The notes under the pieces were generated by a model that did no database searches, had not been told where the DNA came from, and worked only from the letters and a program-made list of their open reading frames with translations. From Octopus sinensis (taxonomy: Eukaryota), in the NCBI RefSeq assembly GCF_006345805.1, contig NC_043010.1, positions 5,766,001-5,830,000 of the forward strand: DNA of 64,000 bases. Direction: 5' to 3'. Numbering within the stretch: position 1 is the first letter of the stretch; each line of letters starts with the position of its first letter. Positions 1 through 13,194 of the stretch are shown here, piece after piece. Made by a program: the position numbers and the translations under genes.

Positions 1-218
1 GAATCGTTAGCATGCCGGGCGAAATGCTTTGCGGTATTTCATCTGCCACTATGTTCTGAGTTCAAATTCCGCCGAGGTCGACTTTGCCTTTCATCCTTTC
101 AGGGTCGATTAAATAAATACCAGTTACGCACTGGAGTCGATATAATCGACTTAATCCGTTCGTCTATCCTTGTTTGTCCTCTCTGCATTTAGCCCTTTGT
201 GGGAAGTAAAAAAATAGG
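1..218 (+). mobile_element. SINE family B (tRNA-derived, Nin/Sauria-like core), 5'-truncated by the window edge
   Basis: Has a B-box-like GAGTTCAAATTCC and the core GCCTTTCATCCTTTCxGGGTCGAT. Near-identical to copies at 4304, 11508 and 55688. Confidence 0.85.
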
Positions 219-381
219 TCTTGTACCAAAATTTGAAACCACTATTATAGCTGTTGCAATTGTTGCCATTGGTTTTGAGGTTGTTTTTTTCCCTCTTGAC
301 ATCATCTCATAGTTATTATAGTTCCTTTTGTTTTGTTTTTTTTACCCCTCCCCTCTTCCATCAGCCTCCTCCATTTAACAG

Positions 382-463
382 AGATGTTTCAGATTGGGGC
401 CACCAAACAGAGAAATGTCACAACTTATGTCAACAAAGGAGGAATTAATTGTGGTAATTACTG
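382..463 (+). CDS. candidate internal exon (E)MFQIGATKQRNVTTYVNKGGINCGNY
   Basis: Pyrimidine-rich acceptor ...cctcctccatttaacag|, donor CTG|gtaaga (alternative GTG|gtaatt at 453), and one open frame. No recognised homology. Confidence 0.25.
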
Positions 464-474
464 GTAAGATTTAC

Positions 475-1310
475 TCTGTGTGTTTGTGTTTGTGTGTATA
501 ACTGTATTTTTATGTGTATTTGTGTGTGTGGTGTGTGTGAGTGTGTGAATATCTGTGTGAGTGTGTGTGTTTGTATTTACATATATAGTTGTGAGTGTGT
601 GTCAATGTGTGTATGTGTGTATATGTGTTTGCATGTGTATGAGTACTTGTCAATGTCAGTGAGTGTCCGTGTATGTGTATGTGTGTATATGTATGTGTGT
701 GAGTATGCTCATTTGTGCATGTGACCTGGCTTCTTTGTGTGTATGTGTGTATTTGTGTGTGTGGGGGTATGCAAGTACTTGTGTTTTGTGTGAATGTGTG
801 TGTGTGTGAGAGAGAGTGTGTGTTTACAAGTACATGTTTTTTGTGGTTCGTGTGAAATTTTTGTCCTTGGTTGTGTATTTGTGCGTATGTGTGTATGAGT
901 ATGTATGTGTGTGCATGTGTGTGTGCGTATGTGTATGTATGTACATAGTATGTTGTGCCAGTGTATACGTATCTGTGTGTGAGTACATACATTTATGTGT
1001 GTGAACTTTTGTGTATTTGCATGTGTATGTAAGTGAATGTGCTTTTATATGTGTGTATAAGTAGATATGTTAGCACGTATATTTGCATATGTATGTATGT
1101 ATGTATGAATGTATGTATGTATATAAGTGTATATGTACATGTGTGAGCATCAATGCTTATGTGTGCATTAGTATTTATTTGGGTGTGAGTATACATGTGC
1201 AGGTGTGTACTTTTGAGTGTGTATTTAATATTTGTATTTGTGTGCAAGCATGGTGGTACATACTATATGCATATGCTTATATGTGCATGCATTCAAATAT
1301 GTCTGTGCAA
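475..1310. repeat. degenerate (TG)n/(TATG)n microsatellite field
   Basis: Read directly from the sequence. Confidence 0.9.
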
Positions 1311-1334
1311 GTGAGTCAGGATTTGTACGTGTCA

Positions 1335-1500
1335 CTGTGTTTCTCCCCGTAACTTAGTGGTTTGGCAAAAGAGACCGATAGAATAAGTACTAGGCTTACA
1401 AAGAATAAGTCCTGGGGGTCGATTTGCTCGACTAAAGACGGTGCTCCAGCATGGCCGCAGTTAAATGGCTGAAACAAGTAAAAGAGTAAAAGAGTAAGAG
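1335..1500 (+). mobile_element. SINE family A, 3' half only
   Basis: Contains ccccgtaacttag...ggtgctccagcatggccgcag and the (AAAAGAGT)n tail. Confidence 0.85.
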
Positions 1501-1522
1501 TATTTATATATATATACACATA

Positions 1523-1687
1523 GGCGCAGGAGTGGCTGTGTGGTAAGTAGCTTGCTAGCCAACCACATGGTTCCAGGTTCAGTCCCACTGCGTGGCATCT
1601 TGGGCAAGTGTCTTCTGCTATAGCCCCGGGCCGACCAATGCCTTGTGAGTGGATTTGGTAGATGGAAACTGAAAGAAGCCTGTCGTA

Positions 1688-1718
<31 letters not shown>

Positions 1719-1916
1719 GTAGGTGTGTGTGTGCTTGACAACCGATGCTGGTGTGTTTACGTCCCCGTCACTTAGCGGTTCGGCAAAAGAGACCGATAGA
1801 ATAAGTACTGGGCTTACACAAAAGAATAAGTCTCGGGGTCGATTTGCTCGACTAAAGGCGGTGCTCCAGCATGGCCGCAGTCAAATGACTGAAACAAGTA
1901 AAAGAGTAAAAGAGTA
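1523..1916 (+). mobile_element. SINE family A (tRNA head + CORE-like CTTGGGCAAGTG + internal microsatellite + (AAAAGAGT)n tail)
   Basis: A-box TGGCTGTGTGG and B-box GGTTCAGTCCC. Over a dozen full or partial copies in the window. Confidence 0.9.
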
Positions 1917-2279
1917 TACATACATACATACATTTGTGTGTGTGTGTGTGTGTGGTGTGTGTGTGTGTGTGTGAAGGTTTGTTGTTGAATCTGATGATTA
2001 TGTTTATTGGTGTTAATGGCATGATGATACAATCCTTTACATGTACAGAGGATTGGTTGTGTCACCACAAGTTGAAAAAAACAAATCAAAAAATTTTAAA
2101 GGCTTACACTTCAGAGAGAAAATTTCCCAAGTGCGGTTAAGAAGCTATCTTTGCAACCATATGATTTTAGGTTCAATCCCATGCAGATCCACAGTCTCAC
2201 AAGACATAAGCAGACATAAGATCATAAGAAAATTCTGAGACTGAGTATTGGGATTGAACTATCTCACACCATTCTCAAA

Positions 2280-2512
2280 TACTCTTTTTACTCTTTACTC
2301 TTTTACTTGTTTCAGTCATTTGACTGCGGCCATGCTGGAGCACTGCCTTTAATCGAGCAAATCGACCCCGGGACTTATTCTTTGTAAGCCCAGTACTTAT
2401 TTTATCGGCCTCTTTTTGCCGAACCGCTAAGTGACGGGGACGTAAACACTCCAGCATCGGTTGTCAAGCAATGCTAGGGGGACAAACACAGACACACAAA
2501 CACATACACACG

Positions 2513-2552
<40 letters not shown>

Positions 2553-2717
2553 TACGACAGGCTTCTTTCAGTTTCCGTCTACCAAATCCACTCACAAGGC
2601 ATTGGTCAGCCAGAAGCTATAGCAGGAGACACTTGCCCAAGGTGCCACGTAGTGGGACTGAACCCAGAACCATGTGGTTGGTTAGCAAGCTACTTACCAC
2701 ACAGCCACTCCTGCGCC
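2280..2717 (-). mobile_element. SINE family A, full length
   Basis: Reverse complement of 1523-1916 at high identity. Confidence 0.9.
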
Positions 2718-2951
2718 AAATCTTATAGTTTGGTTAAATTTAAGAACAGATCTACTTTGAATCAAAATTTATTTATTGAGTCATCCTGACATTTAAGCTT
2801 TAAAGAAAATAAATATTGAGAAAGATATTGGTGTGAGACAAAAACGAAAAAGAGAGAAGGAAGTCCAATAAAGAATTGAACAGACTTCCTCCTATAAATC
2901 TTCAAATGGTTTATTGTTTTATTTATCTTTTAATCAAATTTCCAATGTAAT

Positions 2952-3448
2952 TTGTGTGTGTGCATGTGTGTGTGTGTATATATAAAATTATATTTGTATA
3001 TATGCATGTGTGTGTATATATATATATATAAAATAATACTTTTATATATATATGTATGTATATATAATACTTATATATGTATATATAAAATAATACTTTT
3101 GTATATATTTATATACTTATATACATATATATATACTTATATATACATATATATATTATATGTATGTATATAATATTTATATATATATATATAACATAAT
3201 ACTTTTGTATATATTTATATATACTTATATATATATATTATATATAATATATATATATATATTATATATAATATATTATATATATACTTATATATACATA
3301 TATATATACTAATATATATATATATTATATATACTTATATACACATATATATATATATATACTTATGTATATATATATATATAATATATATATAATATAT
3401 ATATATGTAATATATATATACACATAAGTATATATATATATGTGTAAG

Positions 3449-3492
<44 letters not shown>

Positions 3493-3521
3493 TTAATATA
3501 TACTTATATATATATATATTA

Positions 3522-3555
<34 letters not shown>

Positions 3556-3613
3556 GTATACATATATATATTTCTGTTTCTATTTATATTCGTTTGATAT
3601 ATATTATATATAT

Positions 3614-3658
<45 letters not shown>

Positions 3659-3672
3659 ATACACACACACAA
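2952..3672. repeat. degenerate (TA)n microsatellite
   Basis: Read directly from the sequence. Confidence 0.9.
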
Positions 3673-4041
3673 ACTTTTCAACATATATTTTATTGTTTTT
3701 TTAACAAAGAAAATATTATTTTTACTACTTTTTTGTATTTCACAAACGCCTTCTCTGCTGGAGCTGAATACAAAAATAATAAGAGCTTTTGTTTATTTTT
3801 AGAACTATAGTTTTATTTGATGCTTTAGGTATTGATCTACATCAAATGACTACCATATTCGGAAGAATTTTCAACTAAAGGGTCTGTGGATTATTTCTCG
3901 GAGTTCTCAGCCTGGTAGTACTGCCAGGGAATATTGCTTGTTTGAAATCAGCTTTACTGGCATAGAAATACTACCAGCCAAGCTTGTCCAAGTTACACAC
4001 AAACCAATGAAACTCTTCTGCATGTATCTATTGTGGTGTAG

Positions 4042-4116
4042 GAGAATGGAATCAGTTGTCAGAAGAGTTCTCAGTAAAAATTACCAGAGTGGATCAACTT
4101 TTGCTTACCAGTAAAG
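4042..4116 (+). CDS. candidate 75-nt symmetric exon EWNQLSEEFSVKITRVDQLLLTSK
   Basis: Consensus donor AAG|gtaagc, mediocre acceptor gtgtag|, phase 1-1, helical-looking peptide. Confidence 0.25.
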
Positions 4117-4303
4117 GTAAGCAGTTTTCTTCTGCTTTGTGGCTGTGGCTAAGAGATTCCATGACTGAAAGAACTAGGGACTGATTTTTCTTTTGTTTTT
4201 CTTTGGCCAAGCCATCACTAACTTCTCCAAGTTCCACTTGGGGAATAAAGTGTAAGTAGAAAGGGAAAAGTGTTGATCTGTAAATTTGCAAAATGGTAGT
4301 TGG

Positions 4304-4522
4304 AAGGCGGCGAGCTGGCAGAAACGTTAGCATGCAGGGCGAAATGCTTTGTGTTATTTCGTCTACCGTTACGTTGTGAGTTCAAATTCTGCCGAGGTCG
4401 ACTTTGCCTTTCATCCTTTCGGGGTCGATAAATTAAGTACCAGTTACGCACTGGGGTCGATATAATCGACTTAATCCATTTGTCTGTCTATGTTTAGCCC
4501 CTTGTGGGTAGTAAAGAAATGG
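4304..4522 (+). mobile_element. SINE family B
   Basis: Head GGCGGCGAGCTGGCAGAAACGTTAGC, core gcctttcatcctttcggggtcgataaa, and an imperfect TSD aaatgg(g)tagtt. Confidence 0.9.
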
Positions 4523-5222
4523 GTAGTTAGGAGTAGCAAGAATGGTCCATGAAAGTGGGCCTGCCTGCAACTTATGTCTGCAAGTCATACAAGGAGAGAG
4601 CATTTACAGAGATAGTTCAGGTAATGTTGTGTCTGTGAGGTTCCTTGATTGAGTCTATGAAGCTCTCTCCCTACCAAGACTTTTCTTATGTGTATCAAGT
4701 ATTCTGACAACATCATTTTTTTAATCATTTTATTTGCTTTCATTGTAAACTTCTACACATTTTTGTAACCCATTCCTTTAATGTGTCCTCATCCATTTCC
4801 CTTGTTGCAATAATGGTATTTGTGGACTCTCTCATTACTTCGACAAAGCAAATCAAGACACAGGTATCTTCATTTGCTGAGCAACCTGCATAATAAATAT
4901 TACTATAGTGGGTGTGGTCTGTGCAGAACCGCTCCCACTCTCTTGTCCTTCAGACTTGTATTGGTCTGGTGCAACAAGTACCATGACCCCATCAGGAAGC
5001 AAGATCTGTATGGTATTATCTTAAATTATTGGAACAACTGAAGAGCCTCACCTACCCATGCTCTTGTTGGGGTGTCTGACAATGACCTTCTTTTGGAGGC
5101 AGTTCTGTGATATTCTAATTAAACCTGACAGTGTAGACCTGGGAACAATAATAGCTATGTGATGGCCCACACCCTCAAAGTCTAGAATCTCTGAACTAGG
5201 GCCTCATAACGATGCAGTTTAA

Positions 5223-5443
5223 CCCTTTCATTACTGTATTTCTGTTGAGATACTCTGTGTTCCTTTCAATTACTTTTAAATATAACAAAGAATTTAGAAA
5301 AATAGCTTAGTTATCATTCAGCTAGTGTTAGGAACGTAAATTGTGACTAAGGTTTGGTGGAGGATTTAAATTCAGAACTTTTGAAAACAAGACATTTGTA
5401 CTCAGAACCAGAGCTGGTTCCAGCCAGGTTGGTAATGAAAGGG
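5223..5443. mobile_element. piggyBac-type MITE
   Basis: TTAA TSD on both sides and a perfect 12-bp TIR CCCTTTCATTAC/GTAATGAAAGGG. Two more copies in the window. Confidence 0.9.
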
Positions 5444-7108
5444 TTAAAGTAATACTCATAACAACGTAGCAATAACGAAGTTATGCTTGTTATTAGCACT
5501 CCAAAGTTGACAAGCTAAAGGCAACTTTACCTTTCAATATGATAAAGTACCAGTCTAGGACTAGGGTTGACTTAATTATTTAACCTCCCCAACTAATGAT
5601 AAAGCACCAGAAAAAAAAAATGTCTTGCAGTATTTTTTTTTCTGGTTCATTACATTTTAAATTCAACTCACGATGAGGTGAACATAACCTTTCATCTTTT
5701 GGGGTCAATAAAATAAAGTATCAATGAAGAAAGAGGGAGGGAGTCAATTGTACCCCTTCCCTCAAAATCATTGGCCTTGTGCCTAAAAAAAAAAGAAACA
5801 CTTATTATTACTGTTGTTGCCTTTTTGTTGTTGTTGGTGGTGGTGGTGTTGTAGCTCTTATTGACACTGAAGTTGTTGCTGCTACTGCTGCTGCTGCTGC
5901 TGTTGTTGTTGTTGTTATTTTTATCCAGGTTTATTTGATTTGATTTGATCTAAATGTTTTCCATCCAGGAAATTCTTCTTATTCATACATATGTTGTTTT
6001 GTTTTTTTATAACTAGTTTTTAGGTTTTATTTTTTCTTCTTTTTTTTTTATATTTTGTTTTTACTTTCTGTAATTTTTATCTCTTTTTACACTGCTTGAT
6101 TGATCTTCAGCTTAAATTTTTAGATCAATATTGTAATGATATCAATACACAGATGACTAAAATATAAAGATCTATGTGTAAATACACATATATGCAAATG
6201 TAGACGCACATGCATATATAAACATACCTACTTACTCACATAGCATACACACATACACACACAAACACATAAATATATATGTAAATTATATATATACACA
6301 TATTTATAAATATATATGTATATACATATACACATGTATATCTTTGTATATATATGTGTGTATGTATATATGTATGCATGTATGTATATATACATATACA
6401 CGCTCACACACATTTGTATATGTATGTGTATAATATACATTGATGGATAGATAAAAGGTGAGAGAGAGAAGGAGAAGGAAAGGCAGGGTGAAAAAGTGTT
6501 GTAATAAATATATAATACAAAAATATAAAAAATGAAAGTAATCTGTAAAAGATCTATTGAGGAAAATCAAATTGATACTTTGAGATATAAAATATATATA
6601 TTGATTTTGTATGTAAATTTATTTATTATATTTTGCCTTATAATTTATAAGATTTATACATAAAAAAAAGAAGGGGGTAGAATAAAGTGTATTTGTGAAG
6701 GTAAGTGTATGCATGTATAAATTTGCATATGTGAGTGAGTGTGTTTGTGTGTGTGTGTGTGGGGAGTATTTATTCGATAAATCTCCTGTTAAAAAGGAAC
6801 AAATGAAACTAGAATTCAAACACTTTAAACATTATTGATATCTCCATGGCTAAGCAATTGTTTATTTTTATTCTTTCAAAATATCATTTTACTTGAGTCA
6901 TATCAAACAGGAACAGAGAAATTAGTCTAGAAATTGAAGAAAGTAGTTGTTTGACATCATAATATATTGGCATCTACCTTTACTTGATGTAAATCCTCAA
7001 CTAACCGGTTCTAACATTTTTAAACCCTCTGATTAAGGATTATTTAGCCACTAGAGATAGAATCTCCAATTGCTGGTTGATCAGCAACTGAAAGAATATA
7101 AAAAAGAA

Positions 7109-7517
7109 GGCGCAGGAGTGGCTGTGTGGTAAGTAGCTTGCTAACCAACCACATGGTTCTGGGTTCAGTCCCACTGCGTGGCACCTTGGGCAAGTGTCTT
7201 CTGCTATAGCCCCGGGCCGACCAATGCCTTGTGAGTGGATTTGGTAGACGGAAACTGAAAGAAGCCTGTCGTATATATGTATATATATATATATATATAT
7301 AAGTTTGTGTGTCTGTGTTGGTCCCCCTAGCATTGCTTCACAACCGATGCTGGTGTGTTTACGTCCCCGTAAGTTAGCGGTTCGGCAAAAGAGACCGATA
7401 GAATAAGTACTGGGCTTACAAAGAATAAGTCCCGGGGTCGATTTGCTCGACTAAAGGCGGTGCTCCAGCATGGCCGCAGTCAAATGACTGAAACAAGTAA
7501 AAGAGTAAAAGAGTAAA
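7109..7517 (+). mobile_element. SINE family A, full length
   Basis: Consensus head, body and tail. Confidence 0.9.
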
Positions 7518-8366
7518 GACAGTCAAATCTCCTTCGAAGCACTTCCTACATTCTTCAGAATACAGAAATATTTATAGTATGGCTAGCTGGGTGTAGTTTA
7601 CCCTGGGCAATGCTTTTATTGGACAGTAATTCTGGGTCTGCTGTATAAGCCTGTATAACTGCAGTCTGTGGGACTTTCTGAGTGGCATGCCTAATGCAAA
7701 ACTATCATGAATTTGTTTTGGTAATACACCCGACCTGATGATGATCCATGTTTCATGGGGACTGCATCTCAATGAAGGTTGCCCATACTTGCTGTACAGG
7801 CTGTCCTGCAGGCAGGAAGGTAGGGGACAAACTCAAGGGCTACAATGGATAGTACACACTCTAGCAACACCACTGATGGAAGTATATATTGGGTGGTATA
7901 ATTAACAATGGAAATTGGTTTCAAGAGCCAGATAAAAGCTAAGTTACATTAGGCTGAAGTTGGTAAGCTACCCCCATTAGCTTGAAAAGTAAAGACATAT
8001 TGTGCTATTCTATACCCCCATCATTTCCATCATGATACCTTTCCACTCTAGCCTAGGGGCAAACCAAAGCTTTATGAATGGATTTGGTAGACAGAAACTG
8101 AAAGAAGTCCAGCAGAGCTTGTGAGCTGAAACTAGATAAAAAAAATTCAAAAATACATATATATATATATACATGCACAAAATATATATTTACATAAATA
8201 TATAAATATATATAATTATATAAATATAATTATAATAAGGGCACTAATAAGTAGCACCACACACTAGAAGTAGATGCCAAATGGCTCTAAGAACTACATT
8301 ACTTACTACATTGGCAAGTGGCGAAAGTGAGGGAATGAACAAAAAAAATTTTTTTTAAATGGTTTA

Positions 8367-8423
8367 ACCATAGATTGATTTCTAGTTTAGGGATGTAACT
8401 CCCTTTACTGTCTTCAGTATGGT
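8367..8423 (-). ncRNA. minimal type-I hammerhead ribozyme motif (partly decayed)
   Basis: Minus strand reads ACCAUA-CUGAAGA-stem II-GAAA-UCAA-UC-UAUGGU, with a perfect 6-bp stem I. Confidence 0.65.
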
Positions 8424-8977
8424 ACAACTCAAAGTACATAATTATAAGCATTTATATATACTCATATGAACACAACGCATCCACAAGCACATACACAAAT
8501 GTTCACATATACAACCTAAATCTAATTTGTTCATTTCAGCCAAGTGCACATACAACCAAAATAATTTCTGAGTAAATATTTTGGTTGAAGTGGTTTATAT
8601 ATATCTTTACAATCAAGGGTAAAATCTATAAAAGATTTTATCAAGTTAGCATGTAATAAACCAAATAGCAAACAATTACTACAAAATATATAATTATATA
8701 AATATAATTATAGTAAGGGCAATTATGAGTAGCACCACATGCTAAAAATAGACGCCAAAAGGCTATAAGAATTACATTATTTACCACACTGGCATGGGCT
8801 GAAGGCAAGGGAAATGAACATAAAAGATTTTTTTTTAATGGTTTAACCATAGATCGACTTCTAGTTTGGTGCAAACCAAAGTATGGTACAACTCACCATG
8901 GTACAATGCAATTACATAATTATAAACATTTATACATACCCATACGAACACAGATATCCACAAATGCATGTGCAAAT

Positions 8978-9330
8978 ACTCTTTTACTCTTTTACTTGTT
9001 TCAGTCATTTGACTGCAACCATGCTGGAGCACCGCCTTTTTAATCGAGCAGCTCGACCCTGGGACTTATTGTTTTGTAAGCCCAATACTTATTCTATCGG
9101 TTTCTTTTGCCGAACCGCTAAGTAACGGGGACATAAATACACCAGCATCGGTTGTCAAGCAATGCTAGGGGGACAAACACACAAACACACACGCGCGTCT
9201 ACCAAATCCACTCACAAGGCTTTGGTCAGCCCGAGGCTATAGTAGAAGACACCTGCCCAAGGTGCCACGCAGTGGGACTGAACCCGGAACCATGTGGCTG
9301 GTAAACAAGCTACTTACCACACAGCCCCTC
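8978..9330 (-). mobile_element. SINE family A with internal deletion, inserted in the Penelope-like repeat
   Basis: Consensus match; the host repeat resumes on both sides. Confidence 0.85.
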
Positions 9331-9664
9331 CATACAAACTGAATCTAATTTGTTCATCTCAGCCAAGTGTGAACATCACCAAAATAATCCCTAAACTAGA
9401 AATTGGTCTATGGTTAAACCATTTTAAGAAAAATATGTTTTGTTCATTTCCCTCACTTTCAGCCTGTGTCACTGTGGTACATAATGTAGTTCTTAGAGCC
9501 ATTTAGCATCTGTTTCTAGCATGTCAAGCTACCCATTAGTGCTCTTACTATAATTATATTCATATAATTATATATTTAGTATTAATTGTTATCTATTTGG
9601 TTTATTACAAGCTGGCTTCTTGATAAAATCTTATAAAGATATATAAGTATACATATATATACAT

Positions 9665-9708
<44 letters not shown>

Positions 9709-10121
9709 TAGCTGAAGATTACTCAACATATATCTGCTGTAATATTTACAGCTTTTAATAAAATGTTATAGTATGAAACAATTGTACTAAATTACCGGAT
9801 CCATTCTTGTTGCTTATTTTTGATATATATACATATATAGTTCACAGATGAAATCCATATATTCTCTGGCTAGAAGACACTTAGTATTGCTCAAAAGGTT
9901 CAAACTTAGACTCCGATGTCTTTACAGGGGATCATTCCACAAGGTAAAGAAAGGCTATAAGAGGGATCAGGTTGAACAGGTGTAGAAGCAATTATGGGGT
10001 TAAACAAATTAGGCACATCAAATATATTAATATATTAAATACATGAAATACGAAATATATATGTGTATATATGCAAAATGTGAAAAAGCAATAGGTGGAA
10101 ACTTTCAGATGATAAATTTAT

Positions 10122-10816
10122 ATGTGCAGGTAGATTAACAGGTAAAGTCGTCTTTGTATCTGACAGATGTGCAGGAACAATAAGCACTAAGAGTACACAG
10201 GAATTAGATTCTTTCAAATGCCCAGGAGGCTCCCTTGAGGTTGTAGATAGTTTCTGTTACCTAGGTGATCAAATTAGCAATGGTGGAGGATGCTCTAAAA
10301 GTATTGTTTCTAGAATAAGAATTGGGTGGAGGAAGTTCAGAGAGTTATTGCCTCTGTTGACAACAAAAGGACTCTCTCTCTCTCAGAGTGAAAGGTAGAC
10401 TGTATGATGCTTGTATGCAAATGGCTATACTCCAGGGTAGTGAGACATGGGCTCTGAATGCAGAAGACAAGCATAGACTGGAGAGAAATGAAGGTAGTAT
10501 GCTCCGTTGGATGTGCAACATCAGTGCACGTATGACAAAGTGAAATTGTATTGAGAGAAACGTTGGGCATAAGAGGAATCAAATGTAGCATGCAAGGGGA
10601 AAGACTACATTGGTTTGGACATGTGATGCATATGAACGAGGACAGCTACATAAAGAAGTGCTGATCACTGAAAATGGATGGTACCCACAGAATAGGAAGA
10701 CGTGGGATGAAGTGGTTAGGACTAATCTCAGGATATTAGACCTCATGGAGGAAATGACAATGGACTGAGATATCTGGTGATATGAGGTTTTTAAATAGAC
10801 CCACCCACGTCAGTGA
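10122..10816 (+). pseudogene. decayed RTE-clade LINE ORF C-terminus (reverse-transcriptase end)
   Basis: Translates to LEVVDSFCYLGDQIS...RIRIGWRKFRELLPLL...GSETW...MLRWMC...RLHWFGHV, with frameshifts and stops. Confidence 0.9.
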
Positions 10817-11970
10817 AACTGAGTTCTAGAAGCACTGTGTATCCCACCCACACTCAACAAGAAAACTTCTCACATATTCTACCACAACAAACCAAACTAC
10901 ATCTCTACATCTCTTTTCTTCCTCATATTTCCACTTCATGCACTACGCTTACCTTCCACTTCCCAATTCTGTCCTCTTGACCCTGTACCACGGTATCATT
11001 GCTCTCCGCTAGCCCCCTTATCTGTGTGTTCCACCCACGTGCCCTGTCTCACTGTATCATTGCACCCACATGTAACAAGAAAACTTTTCACACACCCTAC
11101 TCTAACAAACCAATCTACATCTCTTCTCTTCCTCAAATTTCCTCCTTCATTCACTATGCCTACCTCTCACTCCCCAATCCAGTTCTCATGGCCCTGTTCC
11201 TCTGTATCATTGCTATGGGTAGCCATGTATTTCCTTTGTGACAATGCACCTGTTTCTGTCTTCATTCCTGATCTCTCTTCCCCTGCCCCGGCTGGATAAC
11301 CTTGTACTTCCTCTACAGCAAGACACCTGCTTCTACCTCCCTGACTCACTATAACCTTTCATCATCTAACACAAGGCCATCTCCTCCAGTGCCCCACTCT
11401 CCTCTCAAAAGACTTTTGTCGTGAAGGTTACTTGGTGAGCCTGTCAGTGCAGGGGTCACTTAAAGCATTCAGTCTGCACTGTAAAGTGGTTGGTGTCTGT
11501 AAAAGTTCCTATTTCTTTACTACCCACAAGGGGCTAAACACAGAGGGGACAAACAAGGACAGACAAATGGATTAAGTCAATTATATTGACCTCAGTGCGT
11601 AACTGGTTCTTAATTTATCAACCCCGAAAGGATGAAAGGCAAAGTCAACCTCGGCGGAATTTGAACTCAGAACGTAGCGACAGACAAAATACTGCTAAGC
11701 ATTTTGTCCAGCATGCTAATGATTCTGCCAGCTCGCCGCTTTCTGTCTGTAAAAGTACCTTGCCAAAACTGACCTCACCTGTGTTTGTGCCCTGTAAAAA
11801 GTACTAAGTCCACTCTGCTGAGTGGTTGGTGTTAGAAAGGGAATCCAGCTGTAAAAATCCTGCCAAAACAGTCACAGAACTCTGGTGCAGGCTTATGCCT
11901 GGCCGGCTCCTATCAAACCATCCCACCAATGACAGCATAGAAGGTGGACATTAAACGATGATGATGATGA
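10817..11970 (+). mobile_element. 3' UTR of the same RTE LINE, with a ~215-bp internal tandem duplication and (GAT)n tail
   Basis: Blocks ~10850-11000 and ~11065-11220 are similar; ends ggacattaaacgatgatg. Confidence 0.75.
11508..11742 (-). mobile_element. SINE family B inserted in the RTE 3' UTR
   Basis: 13-bp TSD tgtctgtaaaagt at 11494-11506 and 11744-11756. Confidence 0.9.
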
Positions 11971-12121
11971 AATATATTGATATTTATATTAAAATAGGTC
12001 CAACTTACACACAGTACAAACAAACAATAGAGAAAATTAAAGGTGTGGAAGAAAGGTATTGTAAGTTAAACAGCTGTTTCTGTTTAACTGATATGCCTAA
12101 TTTGTTTAACCCTGTAATTGC

Positions 12122-12167
<46 letters not shown>

Positions 12168-12572
12168 ATACACATATATATTTGTGTGTGTGTTTTTTTG
12201 TGTCTACATTTGTCACCCACCGCTGCTTGACAACCAATGTTGATGCGTTCATGTCCCTGTGACTTTGAAGTTTGGCAAAAAAGGATCAAAAGAATTAGTA
12301 CCAGGTCTGAAAAGCAAATAAACATTGGGGTTGATTCGTTTATTTAAAATTCTTCAAGGCAGTGCTTCAGCATGGCCACAGTCTAATGACTGAAACAAGT
12401 AAAAGATTAGAGATAAAAATAGTATAAGTCATTTTGTCCAAATTAATATTAAAAAAAAAAATAGAAACACAGATGGGACAATCACATGTAGAATTCTTTT
12501 GATCATCGATCTGCTTGATCAGGGCTGAGTTAGGGTTAAGCAACAACGACATAAACTATATTTGAACAGTAC

Positions 12573-12628
<56 letters not shown>

Positions 12629-12951
12629 TTCAGTCAGGCATTTTGAAATTTGCCAATATAAAATGATAAACTACCTAGATTCTCTAAAACCTTCGTGGTA
12701 AATCAATGAAATAGAATGGAAAATAGTTCTAGAAAGGTTCACATAAATAGCAATTTTTTAATGCAATGGCTAGCAAAAATAAATAAATGAAAGGAAAAGA
12801 TTTCTTCATGTTACAAAAATATACCTAATAAATCTTTTTCTAAGCAAAAAGCAATAACATTTGTCTTTAAGACAATTTAAAATAGAATCTCACTTTATCA
12901 TTGGTTTATATATATTTGTGTTTGCATACATTCATATCTACATATTTCTGT

Positions 12952-13000
<49 letters not shown>

Positions 13001-13194
13001 TGTGTATGTATATGCATGTATGAATGTGTGTATATATATATACACACACATATATATATACACATACACACAAACAAACATATATTTAAAGTAAAAACAA
13101 GCACTATTTCATTACCAATTCAAGAAATTAAGCAAGCTACAATACAAACCTACATGCATGTATACAGGAACAATATGCACCTGTTTGTGTCGTA

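Larger units (their letters stand above)
8200..9635 (-). mobile_element. Penelope-like element remnant: two direct pLTR-like copies (~8200-8575, ~8630-9388) plus an inverted copy (~9389-9635)
   Basis: Three diverged copies of one unit in a direct+inverted layout, carrying a hammerhead motif. No RT ORF seen. Confidence 0.65.

Noticed and set aside
494-1352. Long ORFs rich in C/V/Y/I/H/T (also 32066-32338, 34296-34687, 44096-44807, 47726-48329)
   Set aside because: These are translations of dinucleotide and tetranucleotide microsatellites, which lack stop codons by construction.
2471-2728. Recurrent ORFs such as RQASFSFRLPNPLTRHWSAR... and KETDRISTGLTKNKSRGRFARLKAVLQHG...
   Set aside because: These are incidental frames of SINE family A, not a gene family.
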